Counted from the stretch's first letter, positions 37,036 to 46,945 are shown. The stretch is 64,000 nucleotides of DNA from Candidatus Angelobacter sp. (GCA_035262465.1 DATFSU010000078.1:64013-128012); one strand, 5' to 3'. Notes: generated from the sequence alone by a model not told the origin. A program made the numbers and translations.

Positions 37036-37614
37036 TCATACCTTGGCGAGTTCCGCATATCGGAAGCAAGTTACCAGGTGATCATTCACCATGCCGACCG
37101 CCTGCATGAAGGCGTAGCAGATGGTGGGTCCGACAAAGCGGAAGCCCCGCTTCAGCAGGTCTTTGCTCATGGCTTCCGATTCCGCCGTTTGCGCCGGTAC
37201 GCCCTTCATCGAGCTGATCTGGTTGATCTTCGGCCGGCCGCCGACAAATTTCCAGACGTATGCATGGAAGCTGCCGAATTCCTTCTGCACTTTGAGGAAG
37301 GCCTGCGCGTTGGCAATGGTGGCGGCGATCTTCAGCCGGTTGCGGACTATCCCGTCGTTCGCCAGCAGGGCTTTGACCTTTTTGGAATCGTATTTTGCGA
37401 CCCGCGCCGGATCAAAGCTGCTGAAAGCTTTACGGTAGGCTTCCCTCTTGTTGAGGATGGTGGACCAGCTCAAGCCCGCTTGCGCTCCTTCAAGTATCAG
37501 GAACTCGAAAAGCACGCGGTCATCGTGTTGCGGCACACCCCACTCGCGGTCGTGGTATTCGATCATCGCGGGCGTGGTGGCCCAGGAGCAGCGAGTGGGT
37601 TCAGAAATAGGCAT
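37036..37614 (-). CDS. tag: DNA-3-methyladenine glycosylase I
   Basis: 192 aa with 'RCSWATTPAMIEYHDREWGVPQHDDRVLFEFLILEGAQAGLSW', the hallmark Tag sequence. Confidence 0.95.
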   Translation of the reverse strand: MPISEPTRCSWATTPAMIEYHDREWGVPQHDDRVLFEFLILEGAQAGLSWSTILNKREAYRKAFSSFDPARVAKYDSKKVKALLANDGIVRNRLKIAATIANAQAFLKVQKEFGSFHAYVWKFVGGRPKINQISSMKGVPAQTAESEAMSKDLLKRGFRFVGPTICYAFMQAVGMVNDHLVTCFRYAELAKV

Positions 37615-37807
37615 GTCCTCCGCATTGTAAAGCAGAGGGCAAAAAGTGATATCTACGGCGGAGACGCGGGGCGCGAAGGATCAACGCGAATGAGCGCGCG
37701 GATCTGATAGATCCGCTTGCGCGATGAAGATCTGCCTGAAATCGTGCGTCCCGCCGCCAGAGCGTGCGACGCTGATGCTGTTCGTGGGGCAGTTTGTCAA
37801 ACTGCCC

Positions 37808-37845
37808 AGAAAAAGAAAAAGCCTGCCATAGCGGCAGGCTTTTTC
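37808..37845 (-). terminator. Rho-independent terminator after the phosphoesterase gene
   Basis: The stem is gcctgcc/ggcaggc (37821-37839). On the minus strand it is followed by TTTTTCTTTTTCTG. Confidence 0.7.
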
Positions 37846-37867
37846 AAGCAGGGAGAGTGCTCCGGGG

Positions 37868-39487
37868 TTACTGGGGCGTACAGTCCTGGGCGGGTGGAGC
37901 GGCCTGCCCAATCCTGGTATTCAGTGAAGGCGAGGTGTTGAAGTCGAACATGTCGAGCAGCGGGTTGGCGAACTGATCGCGTAGGGTCAGATGCGGATGC
38001 GGCGCGAGGTCGTCATCGTCGCCATCGCCGTGCTGCGGCTTTACGCTGGCCGGGGTCATGAAGATGGTTTCAATCAGCGCCAGAATCGACGTGTGATCAC
38101 CGGTGGTGTGCGAAACGTAGTGCGGCTTCGAGAACGGCGAGATCGCCATGAAGGGCACGCGGAAGCCCAGCTGATCGAAGTTAGCGCAGGATCCAGGGAA
38201 TGGACCAGTGGGAGAAAAGCCTGGGCAAAGCTGCGCTGCCGTGGCTTTGCTGATGGTGCACTGCGCACCACCACCGGGCTGCTCGCTGGCCGGGGGATTG
38301 GAGAGATCAGCGCACTGACCGGGGTTGATGCCGTCTGGATTGGGGGCATGGTGCCGCTGCGCCCGCGGCGGAGCTACGTGATCGTAAGAGCCGCCGTGCT
38401 CGTCATAGGTAATGAGAATGATGCTGTCCTGCCAGAGCGGGCCGTTGCGAACGGCATTCACTACCTGCGAAACAAAGGCCTGGCCGCGCTGAATGTCGGT
38501 GGGCGGATGCTCGTCGTTTTCGGTCTTGAATCCACCGAGCAGGCCAAAGTTGGGATCAACAAAGGAGACCTGCGGCAGCGTGCCCACGCCGGGAACACCT
38601 GCAACCTGGGCGAGGAACAGCTTCAGGGGCAGAAAGTGAGGATCAGGCGGAGCGACCAGTCCGATGGAGCGGAAAGTGCCGCCTTGTGGGAAGTCCTGGA
38701 AGTAGTCGGCCCAGGTGACCTTGTTTGCTTCCATCAAATCAAGAATGGTTCCGGTGATCGGCTTGTATCCGGTGGTACCGGCCGGCGGGCCGATTTCAGA
38801 GGTGGTGAGGTGGCCGAAGGATGTCGCTGCCATGAGGTAGGAGCGATTGGGAAAGGTCGGGCCCAGCACGGAGCAAAAATAGCGATCGCTGATGGCGAAT
38901 TTTTGCGCCAGATCGTAATAGAACGGAAGCTCGTCCTGATTGTAGAAATTCATGGTCTGGTCATCGGTCGGATTTTCGACGCCCTTGTCGACCTGCTCGG
39001 TGACGTCATTCACGCGGACAAAGCCGTCACTCAAGGTGTGTCCCAGCGCGCCGTTGGGATCGAGGAAGTTGGCTTCGTGATGGGTGGAGGTCCAGCCGTG
39101 GTCCAGGTCGGGCGCGACGCAACGGCGCGAATCGTGAAAAGCGAAGACCGTGCTGCCGTCGTCATCCAGGTTGGAGTTGGAACAGCGGAAATTGCCCGCG
39201 GCATCGACGCGGCAGGTAAGGCCGTCAACACAGGAGTGATCTTCCGGGCGACAGCCGCCATTGCGGTCATCGCCGTCGCCATCGCCGTCTCTGCGCGGCG
39301 AGTGATATGGGCTGCCCGGTGCATAAGCCAGCGCGCCAAAATAATTATCGAAGGAATGGTTTTCCTGCATGATGACGATGATGTGTTTGACCTTGTGCGG
39401 ATCGCCCTGGGCGTGGGCCAGGTACGTGCATGCAAAAGCGGCGGCAAGCAAGAGCAGAGCTGCGCGGATGCGTGCTGAGAAGCGCAT
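37868..39487 (-). CDS. Phosphoesterase family protein (non-haemolytic phospholipase C / AcpA acid phosphatase family)
   Basis: 539 aa with a signal peptide and the hallmark 'IVIMQENHSFDNYFG'. Confidence 0.9.
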   Translation of the reverse strand: MRFSARIRAALLLLAAAFACTYLAHAQGDPHKVKHIIVIMQENHSFDNYFGALAYAPGSPYHSPRRDGDGDGDDRNGGCRPEDHSCVDGLTCRVDAAGNFRCSNSNLDDDGSTVFAFHDSRRCVAPDLDHGWTSTHHEANFLDPNGALGHTLSDGFVRVNDVTEQVDKGVENPTDDQTMNFYNQDELPFYYDLAQKFAISDRYFCSVLGPTFPNRSYLMAATSFGHLTTSEIGPPAGTTGYKPITGTILDLMEANKVTWADYFQDFPQGGTFRSIGLVAPPDPHFLPLKLFLAQVAGVPGVGTLPQVSFVDPNFGLLGGFKTENDEHPPTDIQRGQAFVSQVVNAVRNGPLWQDSIILITYDEHGGSYDHVAPPRAQRHHAPNPDGINPGQCADLSNPPASEQPGGGAQCTISKATAAQLCPGFSPTGPFPGSCANFDQLGFRVPFMAISPFSKPHYVSHTTGDHTSILALIETIFMTPASVKPQHGDGDDDDLAPHPHLTLRDQFANPLLDMFDFNTSPSLNTRIGQAAPPAQDCTPQ

Positions 39488-39735
39488 GGGGGAGTCTCCT
39501 TTTTTACAACCGCCGAATTAAACAGGAGCTCTGAGAAGCCATTGTGAAAAGAAGATGAAAATTGTGTTACGCCCGCTCAAAACGGGCAGCTCACGCTCTT
39601 GAACTTCCGTTAACGCCCCAAGGCAGCGTGTTAATCCCCGCGCAACTGATTCAGCTATCTCCCGGGCGGAGGCGAACAATCGTCGCAGCCATTCACATCC
39701 TAGTTGTTACACAGCCAACATCAGGGGGTATCCAT

Positions 39736-40587
39736 ATGAAGGCTTTAAAATTCAGCAATCAACTTGCAATCGGTCTTTTCTGCCTGCTGGTTTCGGCAGT
39801 GATGATCGCCCAGGTACAAACCGAGACATCCACAGAGAAGGGAAAACAAACGGTTAATACCACCGTGGAGCGCGGCGAGGTCGTCTATGTTTCGGGCAAC
39901 GATCTGGTAGTGAAGATGGAAGATGGCCAGATACGGAATTTTTCCAATGTTCCCGACAGCGCAACGGTCACCGTGGATGGAAAGCAGCTCACAGTCCATG
40001 ATCTGAAGCCGGGCATGAAGCTGCAGCGCACTCTTACCACCACCACGACGCCCAAGACCGTGACGACCGTGAGGACTGTAAACGGAACGGTGTGGCATGT
40101 GACTCCGCCCAGTACGCTGGTCCTGACGTTGGAAGACGGCACCAACCAGAAATTCAGCATTCCATCCGGCCAGAAATTCAACGTAAATGGCAAGGAGACG
40201 AATGCCTGGGGCCTGCGCAAAGGAATGAAGGTCTCGGCTACGCAGATCGTCACCACACCTGTGACCGTGACCACTGCGTCGAGCAAGGTTACAGGCGAAG
40301 CGCCGCCGCCGCCGCAAGTATCAAGTGACCAGTTCCAGGGGCCGGTGCTGGTTGTGGTGGTCCCGGCAAAAAGTACCCAGGCTGCAGAAGCCAAGCCAAC
40401 AGAACCTCCGGCAGCTTCGACAGAAACTCAACAGGCTCAGACAGAAGCTCCGGCTGGCAACGAAGCTGCGCACGCCAAAAAAGAATTACCGCAGACCGCT
40501 GGCGAACTGCCTTTGACGGCGCTGATGGGAATGCTGCTGCTCTTGTCGGGAGCAGCGATGCGCATCGCCAGGACGCGTAGACGCTAG
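39736..40587 (+). CDS. Secreted Thr/Val-rich protein with C-terminal LPxTG-like sorting signal
   Basis: The ATG at 39736 follows GGGGG. The signal peptide is 'MKALKFSNQLAIGLFCLLVSAVMIAQ'. The C-terminus is 'LPQTAGELPLTALMGMLLLLSGAAMRIARTRRR'. Confidence 0.8.
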   Translation: MKALKFSNQLAIGLFCLLVSAVMIAQVQTETSTEKGKQTVNTTVERGEVVYVSGNDLVVKMEDGQIRNFSNVPDSATVTVDGKQLTVHDLKPGMKLQRTLTTTTTPKTVTTVRTVNGTVWHVTPPSTLVLTLEDGTNQKFSIPSGQKFNVNGKETNAWGLRKGMKVSATQIVTTPVTVTTASSKVTGEAPPPPQVSSDQFQGPVLVVVVPAKSTQAAEAKPTEPPAASTETQQAQTEAPAGNEAAHAKKELPQTAGELPLTALMGMLLLLSGAAMRIARTRRR

Positions 40588-40614
40588 ACGCCGCTTCGGC
40601 AGCACGGAAAACGG

Positions 40615-40655
40615 ATGCAAAACGGAGCGCCGGCAGGCGCTCCGTGCGTTTTGCC
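40615..40655. terminator. Bidirectional rho-independent terminator
   Basis: The perfect 10-bp stem acggagcgcc/ggcgctccgt (40622-40645) is flanked by an A-run and a T-run. It lies between convergent genes. Confidence 0.75.
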
Positions 40656-40723
40656 CACACTTAACTATGTTTGCTCGTGCGGGTGGGAGCCAAAGCAGTC
40701 AAGCCGTTCAGATGGTGCACGTC

Positions 40724-41140
40724 TCATGGCTTTGACTGCGGTGAATTGAAACGAGCCTCAGCGATAATCGGCTCGAACAGTTCGACCGGATTGCCCGAAG
40801 GGTCTTCGACCAGGATTTGTTTGCCCCCGACGCCGGTTACGATCTCATTGCGGAACCGGGCTCCGGCCGCGCGCAAGGCAGCGACTGTGGCTCCCAGATC
40901 CGGGACCTCGATGGCGAACCTGTTCCATCCGCCAGGTTCCTGCTGCCTGCCATCCGGCATGGGCTGTCCGCCGCCGGCCGAGGGATTCGGAGCGCTCAAC
41001 ACCAGTCGTAGATCATCTCGCGTCAGCATGGCAAAGGCCGGCGCTGGGTGCATCACTTCCTTAAATCCGAGATGCTGGCAATAGAATGCGATGGCTGCAT
41101 CAACGTCATTTACGATGTAACGGACTTGCACGGTAGCCAC
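40724..41140 (-). CDS. VOC (glyoxalase/bleomycin-resistance/dioxygenase) family protein
   Basis: The GTG at 41140 is preceded by GGGAGGG. The sequence 'VQVRYIVNDVDAAIAFYCQHLGFKEV...GNPVELFEP' is typical of VOC proteins. Confidence 0.8.
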   Translation of the reverse strand: MATVQVRYIVNDVDAAIAFYCQHLGFKEVMHPAPAFAMLTRDDLRLVLSAPNPSAGGGQPMPDGRQQEPGGWNRFAIEVPDLGATVAALRAAGARFRNEIVTGVGGKQILVEDPSGNPVELFEPIIAEARFNSPQSKP

Positions 41141-41253
41141 TGGAACCCTCCCGCTATTTTTATTTACCTTCAATAAAGAGTTAGACGGTCCGAATTTGCA
41201 CCTCACCCTCATTTCCTGTAAACCTTTGATCGAAAGCTCAATACGACCCAATT

Positions 41254-41279
41254 TGAACCGAATGCCCGGAATCTACGTA
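41254..41279 (+). promoter_or_regulatory. Candidate ECF-type (autoregulated) promoter
   Basis: TGAACC (41254-41259), a 16-nt spacer, then CGTA (41276-41279) lie about 22 nt upstream of the ECF sigma start. This matches the general ECF -35 'GAAC' / -10 'CGT' architecture. Confidence 0.35.
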
Positions 41280-41300
41280 TCTCTTTGACGGGGAGACTGC

Positions 41301-41903
41301 TTGGAAGAGCAACAAACAGGGGCACTTGTACGCAGATGCCTGGCCGGCGACAGCGCCGCCTGGGAAGATCTGGTGCGCCTGTACAACCGCAGGATTTACA
41401 ACCTGTGCTATCGGTTCACGAACTCTTCTGATGACGCGCAGGACCTGACGCAGGAGGTTTTCATCCGGGTGTATCGAACCATGGGCAGCTATAACATTGA
41501 AAAAGGGGCATTTAACACTTGGTTGACTACCCTGGCCCGCAATCTTCTGGTCGACCATTTCCGCCGCACCAAGCACGAACGTATAACCGATTCAATTGAC
41601 GCAGGTTTGCGGGAAGAGGATGATTCCCTCTCGCTGGCGGGCCGCCTCGAAGACACGCGGCCTGCGCCGGATGACCGGTTGGCCAGCAAAGAAACCCAGA
41701 AGATGGTGCAGCAGGCGCTCGCCAGGATCAGCCCCGATCTGCGGGAAGCAGTGATTCTAAGGGACTTACAGGATATGGACTACAAGGAGATCGCGGTAGT
41801 GCTGCGGGTGCCCGAGGGGACAGTCAAATCGCGGATAAACCGCGGAAGAATGGAACTTGCGCGATTACTTTCTCGTAATAAAAGGCAGGCGAGCAATGAA
41901 TAA
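41301..41903 (+). CDS. ECF (group 4) sigma-70 family sigma factor
   Basis: 200 aa. Region 2 is 'DAQDLTQEVFIRVYRTMGSY' and region 4 is 'DMDYKEIAVVLRVPEGTVKSRINRGR'. It has a TTG start after GGGGAGA. Confidence 0.9.
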   Translation: MEEQQTGALVRRCLAGDSAAWEDLVRLYNRRIYNLCYRFTNSSDDAQDLTQEVFIRVYRTMGSYNIEKGAFNTWLTTLARNLLVDHFRRTKHERITDSIDAGLREEDDSLSLAGRLEDTRPAPDDRLASKETQKMVQQALARISPDLREAVILRDLQDMDYKEIAVVLRVPEGTVKSRINRGRMELARLLSRNKRQASNE

Positions 41904-42624
41904 CGAGTATCCAAACCGGCTGGAGTGCAGCGAGTTCGAAGCCCTCCTGGCAGAAGCGCTTGATGGCGCTCTGAGCGCCGAAACCCGGGAAAGCTTTGAG
42001 GCCCATGGCCGAAGCTGCCGGGTTTGCGGTCCGCAGTGGAGCGAGGCGTTGGAAGGCCTGGAGCTGATGCGATCGCTGGGCGAAGCGGAGCCGCCGAAGA
42101 ACCTGGTGCATAACATCCTGGCGGCGACGAGCATGAAGCAGGCACAAGCGTCGTCAGTGGCAGCGCCGGTGAAGGGCGGGTGGCTGGACCGGCTGCGGGC
42201 AGGATGGCGGCCGTCGTTTGCCGGCCTGATGCATTCGCGCTTTGCCACGTCGTTCGCCATGGCGTTCTTCTCGCTGAGCCTCACGCTGACGCTGGCGGGA
42301 GTAAAGATCTCCGATGTCAGGAATGTGGATTGGCACCCCAGCGCGCTGCGCAAGAGCATGGTATTGGGATTCACGCAAGTGGAAGCAAAAGTCACCAGCT
42401 ATTACGAAAACATGCGCCTAGTGTATGAAGTACAGGCGCGGGTTCGCGAGCTGAGAAAGACCGCGGCACCGGCATCGGGCACGGGCAATGAAAACAAGCA
42501 ACAAAACCGGATCACCGCTCCCGATGATGGCGGGCGTCCGCAGCAGCAGGAAAATTACAGCCGGGAAGTGGATGGCACCCTGATGGCCCAGTTCCCTGCT
42601 AAACACCAAGGAGCCCAACTATGA
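41896..42624 (+). CDS. Anti-sigma factor (zf-HC2 type) with one TM segment
   Basis: The ATG at 41896 overlaps the sigma gene stop. The motif 'HGRSCRVC' is Hx3Cx2C. There is a central hydrophobic segment, 'FATSFAMAFFSLSLTLTLAG'. Confidence 0.8.
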   Translation: MNNEYPNRLECSEFEALLAEALDGALSAETRESFEAHGRSCRVCGPQWSEALEGLELMRSLGEAEPPKNLVHNILAATSMKQAQASSVAAPVKGGWLDRLRAGWRPSFAGLMHSRFATSFAMAFFSLSLTLTLAGVKISDVRNVDWHPSALRKSMVLGFTQVEAKVTSYYENMRLVYEVQARVRELRKTAAPASGTGNENKQQNRITAPDDGGRPQQQENYSREVDGTLMAQFPAKHQGAQL

Positions 42625-43367
42625 ATTGCGCCGTACACAATCAAACCGAGGCAGTAGCGTTCTGCCGCACTTGCGGCAAACCGCTCTGCGAGGATTGCAA
42701 GCGCGACGTAATGGGCGCTATCTACTGTGAACCGTGCATTGCCGCGCGGCTACAGGGACAGCCTCCGGTGGGAGCGACAATGCAGCCACCGGCAATGGCA
42801 CAGCCCTCAGCGCCAAACCCGGTGATGGCCGGGATCCTGGGCTTCATTCCCGGCGTAGGGGCGATGTACAACGGGCAATTCGTGAAAGCCTTTGCTCACG
42901 TTGTGATCTTCGTGTTGTTGATTCTGGCGTCCAGCAACATATCCGGGATGTTTGGGATCGGGATCGGCTTCTTCGTCATCTACATGGCGTTCGAAGCCTA
43001 CAAGACCGCCGAAGCGCGACGTCTCGGCCTGCCCGCCCCGGATCCGCTTGGCCTGGATAAGCTATTCGGCATCCAGGAGACCGCGCATCACGGCGGACAC
43101 AATGCAGTCCCGACGGCAACTGCAGCCGGCGGGGTACCAAATCCTCCGCCGTCGGCCCCCGTGTCGTCGCCGCTCCAGGTTGCTCCTCCTCCGCCGCCCA
43201 CACAGGACACCACACCCGTCGGCGCCATTGTTCTCCTCGCGCTTGGCTTCCTCTTCTTGCTGAGTAATTTCGGTTTCCTTCATGTGGGCAGGATGTGGCC
43301 GTTGATTTTGATCGGTTTCGGTTTGTGGATCGCATATAAACGCACGGCCCAGGGGAGGGTGCAATGA
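42621..43367 (+). CDS. B-box-type zinc-finger membrane protein
   Basis: The N-terminus is 'CAVHNQTEAVAFCRTCGKPLCEDCKRDVMGAIYCEPC'. It is followed by several TM helices and a Pro-rich linker. It has an ATGA overlap with the upstream gene. Confidence 0.8.
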   Translation: MNCAVHNQTEAVAFCRTCGKPLCEDCKRDVMGAIYCEPCIAARLQGQPPVGATMQPPAMAQPSAPNPVMAGILGFIPGVGAMYNGQFVKAFAHVVIFVLLILASSNISGMFGIGIGFFVIYMAFEAYKTAEARRLGLPAPDPLGLDKLFGIQETAHHGGHNAVPTATAAGGVPNPPPSAPVSSPLQVAPPPPPTQDTTPVGAIVLLALGFLFLLSNFGFLHVGRMWPLILIGFGLWIAYKRTAQGRVQ

Positions 43368-43705
43368 ATCCGTATGTGAGGAACAGGAATTGCTCGTGCG
43401 TGCGATGCCGGGCGCATGGAATGATGGGCGCTGCCGTTCTCATCACCCTCGGCGTCCTCTTCCTGCTCGAGAACTACAGTGACGTCCCGTTTGACAAAAG
43501 CTTTCCGGTATTGCTGCTGGTGATCGGCGCCGTTTTGCTGGTCTCGCGCAGCGGATCGACCGAAGGACACATAGATCCACAAGCATACGGCAACGTGATC
43601 GCTCCTCCGGTTACCGCGCCGCAACCCCAGCAACAATGGACCACGGGAACTCCAGCACCGCCGGCCCCGACCCACGAACCAAATGAACCTCAGGTGAAGC
43701 CATGA
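43364..43705 (+). CDS. Small membrane protein (LiaF/DUF5668-like TM pair)
   Basis: 113 aa with 'GAAVLITLGVLFLLENY' and 'FPVLLLVIGAVLLV'. It overlaps both neighbouring genes by 4 nt. Confidence 0.7.
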   Translation: MNPYVRNRNCSCVRCRAHGMMGAAVLITLGVLFLLENYSDVPFDKSFPVLLLVIGAVLLVSRSGSTEGHIDPQAYGNVIAPPVTAPQPQQQWTTGTPAPPAPTHEPNEPQVKP

Positions 43706-45084
43706 GCACACCCAGTCCGGTACCTCCGCAACCGCCTTCTTACTATCGGCCAAGGCCCCGCTCGATCTTCGGGCCGCTGGTGCTGATCTCACTTGGTGTG
43801 CTCTTTTTGCTGCGCACCACCGGCGTGATCCAATCGCAGAGTTTGCACTTGTGGTTTGCTCGTTATTGGCCGCTGCTGCTGATCGTCTGGGGCGCAGCCA
43901 AGTTGCTGGAGCATCTGTGGGCCCGCCACCGAGGCGAGCCTACGCCGCGGCTCGGCGGAGGCAGCATTGTCTTCCTCGTGTTCTTCATCCTGTTTGCCAC
44001 CGGTTTCAGCAGAACATACAACTGGAACTGGGGAGGGATGGGCGATGACTGGAATTGGGGACACGGGTGGGATCCCTTCAACAATCGCTACGAATACACT
44101 GACAATTTTGCCCAGCCTCTGACTGGCGCGAACCAGATCAAAGTTCTCTGCAACCAGGGCGATATCACCGTCAGCGCCAGTGAAGACGACCAGGCGCACG
44201 CCGTGGTCCACAAGACCGTGCGCACCGATTCCCAGAGCAACGCCGACCGATTGAATGAATCCACCAAACCCAAATTTACCCAGCAGGGGCAGATATGGCT
44301 GCTGGACCTGACCGGCGGCGACTTTGAAAACACCCGCTTCGACCTGGATCTGCAATTGCCCCGGCAAGCTGCGCTCTCAATTGCCACGCGCAGGGGAAAC
44401 CTCAGCGTGAGCCAGCGCGATGGTAACGTCGACCTGGCCACCGACCACGGCAACGCCAGCGTGGAGCAGGTGAAGGGCTACGCAACGCTGCGACTGAATG
44501 GTGACGTCACGGTGAAAAACGTGACCGGCAATGTCCAGATCGAGGGCTCCGTGGACGACGGTGACATTTCCGACGTAAACGGCACTCTCATGTTCAATGC
44601 CGGCTACAACGGCAACATTCAGCTCGCGCGCATCAAGCAGCAGCTGCACTTGAAATCAGTCCGCACTGACCTGCAACTGGCCAAGCTTGATGGCGAACTC
44701 AACATGGGTCATGGCGACCTGCAGGGTAGCTCGATCTCCGGACCCGTGAAATTGACGACGCGCTCCAATGAGGTACACCTGGAAGACGTCTCCGGCGAAA
44801 TCGACGTGGAGAACCGCAACGGCGTAGTCGAGTTGAAAGCCAAAGGGCCGCTCGGCCCCATCGACATCAGCAATGTCCATGGCGGCATTGAGCTTGATCT
44901 GCCGGAAAATGCAAACTTCCGGCTGGATGCCAAGAGCACCAGCGGCAACATCGACATCAGCGATTTCAGCGTGAATGTCGACAACAGCGGGTCCGATGCC
45001 ACAGCGCGAGGAACGGTCGGCAAGGGCGGTCCGGATATCCGCCTGCGGGCTGATCGCGGAACCATTCAGATTCGCAAGCAGTAA
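43702..45084 (+). CDS. Membrane-anchored DUF4097 (putative adhesin, beta-strand repeat) protein
   Basis: 460 aa. The N-terminal TM helices resemble the preceding gene. The C-terminal repeats are of the type 'GNVxV...GDVxV...GNIxL' ('SGEIDVENRNGVVEL', 'HGGIELDLPENANFRLDAKSTSGNIDI'). Confidence 0.8.
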   Translation: MSTPSPVPPQPPSYYRPRPRSIFGPLVLISLGVLFLLRTTGVIQSQSLHLWFARYWPLLLIVWGAAKLLEHLWARHRGEPTPRLGGGSIVFLVFFILFATGFSRTYNWNWGGMGDDWNWGHGWDPFNNRYEYTDNFAQPLTGANQIKVLCNQGDITVSASEDDQAHAVVHKTVRTDSQSNADRLNESTKPKFTQQGQIWLLDLTGGDFENTRFDLDLQLPRQAALSIATRRGNLSVSQRDGNVDLATDHGNASVEQVKGYATLRLNGDVTVKNVTGNVQIEGSVDDGDISDVNGTLMFNAGYNGNIQLARIKQQLHLKSVRTDLQLAKLDGELNMGHGDLQGSSISGPVKLTTRSNEVHLEDVSGEIDVENRNGVVELKAKGPLGPIDISNVHGGIELDLPENANFRLDAKSTSGNIDISDFSVNVDNSGSDATARGTVGKGGPDIRLRADRGTIQIRKQ

Positions 45085-45357
45085 ATGCAAAAAGTTCGTT
45101 TTCGTGAAAACATCAGAAGCGCGCGGCCAAACTTGGCGTACCTGAACGTTGCAATCCAACTATCCAGACTAGTATATTGCCCGGTTAGCCTGGAGGGGAC
45201 TGACCAACCCTTAGCTAACTCCGTGGCCGTGGCTCCCGCGTATAAACCACGGCCCGGATTCTGGTCATCCTGTTGAGTCGTCCCACTCGAAGGCATGAAA
45301 AGCTGCCTGGATTTTGTAACAGTTGGATTGGTAACGCCCACGCAGGCTGAGCCTGTT

Positions 45358-46068
45358 CTATTTTGAAGAGATGGCTGCCAGCTTTGCGTCCACCAGTTCA
45401 ACGGCACGCGCCAGCACCTGATCCAGGGTGAGATAGGTGGAATCGATCTGCACGGCATCCGGCGCCGCCACCAGCGGAGAATTCGCACGGGCGCGATCGC
45501 GCTGATCACGGGCGTGCATCTCTGCCAGCACCTCAGCTGCGGGCGTTTCAGAGGCAGGGCTTTGCAGAAAGCGCCTTGTGCCGCGAACTTCCGGCGCGGC
45601 ATCCAGAAAGATTTTTACCTCGGCATCGGGAAACACCTTGGTGCCTATGTCGCGTCCTTCCATCACCACGCCGCCGCCGGCTCCGAGTTGACGTTGGCTT
45701 GCCACCATCCATTCGCGGACCGGCGGATGTACGGAAACCTTGGAAGCAGCGTCAGTCACATCCTGGCTGCGCAGCCGCTCAGTCACATCCTTACGGTCCA
45801 GCAGCACCCGATTCCCTTCCGCCGTCGGCACGAGCTCGATCTGCGATTGCCCCGCCAGGCCGGCTAGTTTGCCTCCATCGTCCAGGGGAATGTCGCGTTC
45901 AATGGCTTTGAGAGCCAGCGCGCGATACATCGCGCCCGTCTCAATGTTGATGTAGTTGTATCTTCGCGCCAGCAGTGCCGCCAGGGTGCTTTTGCCTGAT
46001 CCGGCCGGGCCGTCGATCGCGATCACAATCCTCGTCCGGCCGCCTGCCGTGGAGACCGCGTCACCCAT
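45358..46068 (-). CDS. cmk: Cytidylate kinase
   Basis: 'IVIAIDGPAGSGKSTLAALLARRYNYINIETGAMYRALA' is the canonical Cmk sequence. Confidence 0.95.
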   Translation of the reverse strand: MGDAVSTAGGRTRIVIAIDGPAGSGKSTLAALLARRYNYINIETGAMYRALALKAIERDIPLDDGGKLAGLAGQSQIELVPTAEGNRVLLDRKDVTERLRSQDVTDAASKVSVHPPVREWMVASQRQLGAGGGVVMEGRDIGTKVFPDAEVKIFLDAAPEVRGTRRFLQSPASETPAAEVLAEMHARDQRDRARANSPLVAAPDAVQIDSTYLTLDQVLARAVELVDAKLAAISSK

Positions 46069-46927
46069 GCGTGCGTCTCCGCTGCTGCTCCGGTGGAGGC
46101 GTCATGCGAATCAGTGTCCGGCTGCCGACAGTCACAAAACTCAGCTCGCGCGCCTGCAACAGCGCATTCACCGCTTCGCGGATCTTGGAGCGCGAAGTCA
46201 GATTGGAAAAGAATTGTTCGATCTCCTCCTGCTCGGCTGCAACCGACGCTTCAAGGTACTTGCTGACCAGAGCCGAGATGGCTTCAGGCTGGGAGATCTG
46301 TATACCCTCTTTCACCGCTTGCGGCGCCCAGCGGTAGAGCACATCCCATTGCGCACCTTCATCCGGGGTGTAACCAACCCGCGTGATCTTGAGAATTGAC
46401 CACAACTCGCTCAGCGCGCGCTCCAGCGCGGTGATGCTGGCTTCCCCGCCGACGCGCTGCTGCAACTGGCCTTTGCTCAGCGGTCCGTGCTCCTGCAGCA
46501 CCGCAAACACCCGCATCCCAAGAGCAGATACCGCTGCGCCCTGGGCTTTGATCTTGGGCGGCGATTTGGGTGTCCGGTCGCCAATGAGCGCATAGAAAAA
46601 CGGAAACAGCGGCGCCGAGCTGATCAGGGTCAAGTCGCCGGGCAGGATCATTTCAAAGGCTGACTTCTCCCGCAACAGCCCCACCAGCAGATCGGTGGCC
46701 TGCTGCGCACGCGGATCAGAGAAAGCGCGCTTTGCATCCGGCAGTCCCGTGGCTGACCCGGCAAAAGCGCCGATAAAGCTGGGCACCAACGGCAACAAGC
46801 GTTCTGGATACTGCAGACAAAATCCGACGGCATCCACGAAGGCGCGCCCCTCTTCGATGGTCTGCACGGCGCTTCCGCCGGTGCGCCAGTTGGCGGCTCG
46901 ATGTTCTGTGAGTTCCTGTTCAGTCAT
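46061..46927 (-). CDS. Hypothetical protein with winged-helix-like segment
   Basis: 288-aa ORF overlapping cmk by 8 nt. 'LSKGQLQQRVGGEASITALERALSELW' looks wHTH-like. The resemblance to AlkZ/YcaQ-type proteins is only tentative. Confidence 0.65.
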   Translation of the reverse strand: MTEQELTEHRAANWRTGGSAVQTIEEGRAFVDAVGFCLQYPERLLPLVPSFIGAFAGSATGLPDAKRAFSDPRAQQATDLLVGLLREKSAFEMILPGDLTLISSAPLFPFFYALIGDRTPKSPPKIKAQGAAVSALGMRVFAVLQEHGPLSKGQLQQRVGGEASITALERALSELWSILKITRVGYTPDEGAQWDVLYRWAPQAVKEGIQISQPEAISALVSKYLEASVAAEQEEIEQFFSNLTSRSKIREAVNALLQARELSFVTVGSRTLIRMTPPPEQQRRRTHG

Positions 46928-46945
46928 GGTGCGTGAGTTTGGCTG

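Noticed and set aside
45085-45357. 63-aa ORF (45085-45276) or an ncRNA in the DUF4097-cmk spacer.
   Set aside because: The ORF has no RBS or motif. The spacer contains only a half-copy of the gtcatcc...tcgaagg repeat, and I recognised no SRP or 6S-type conserved core.
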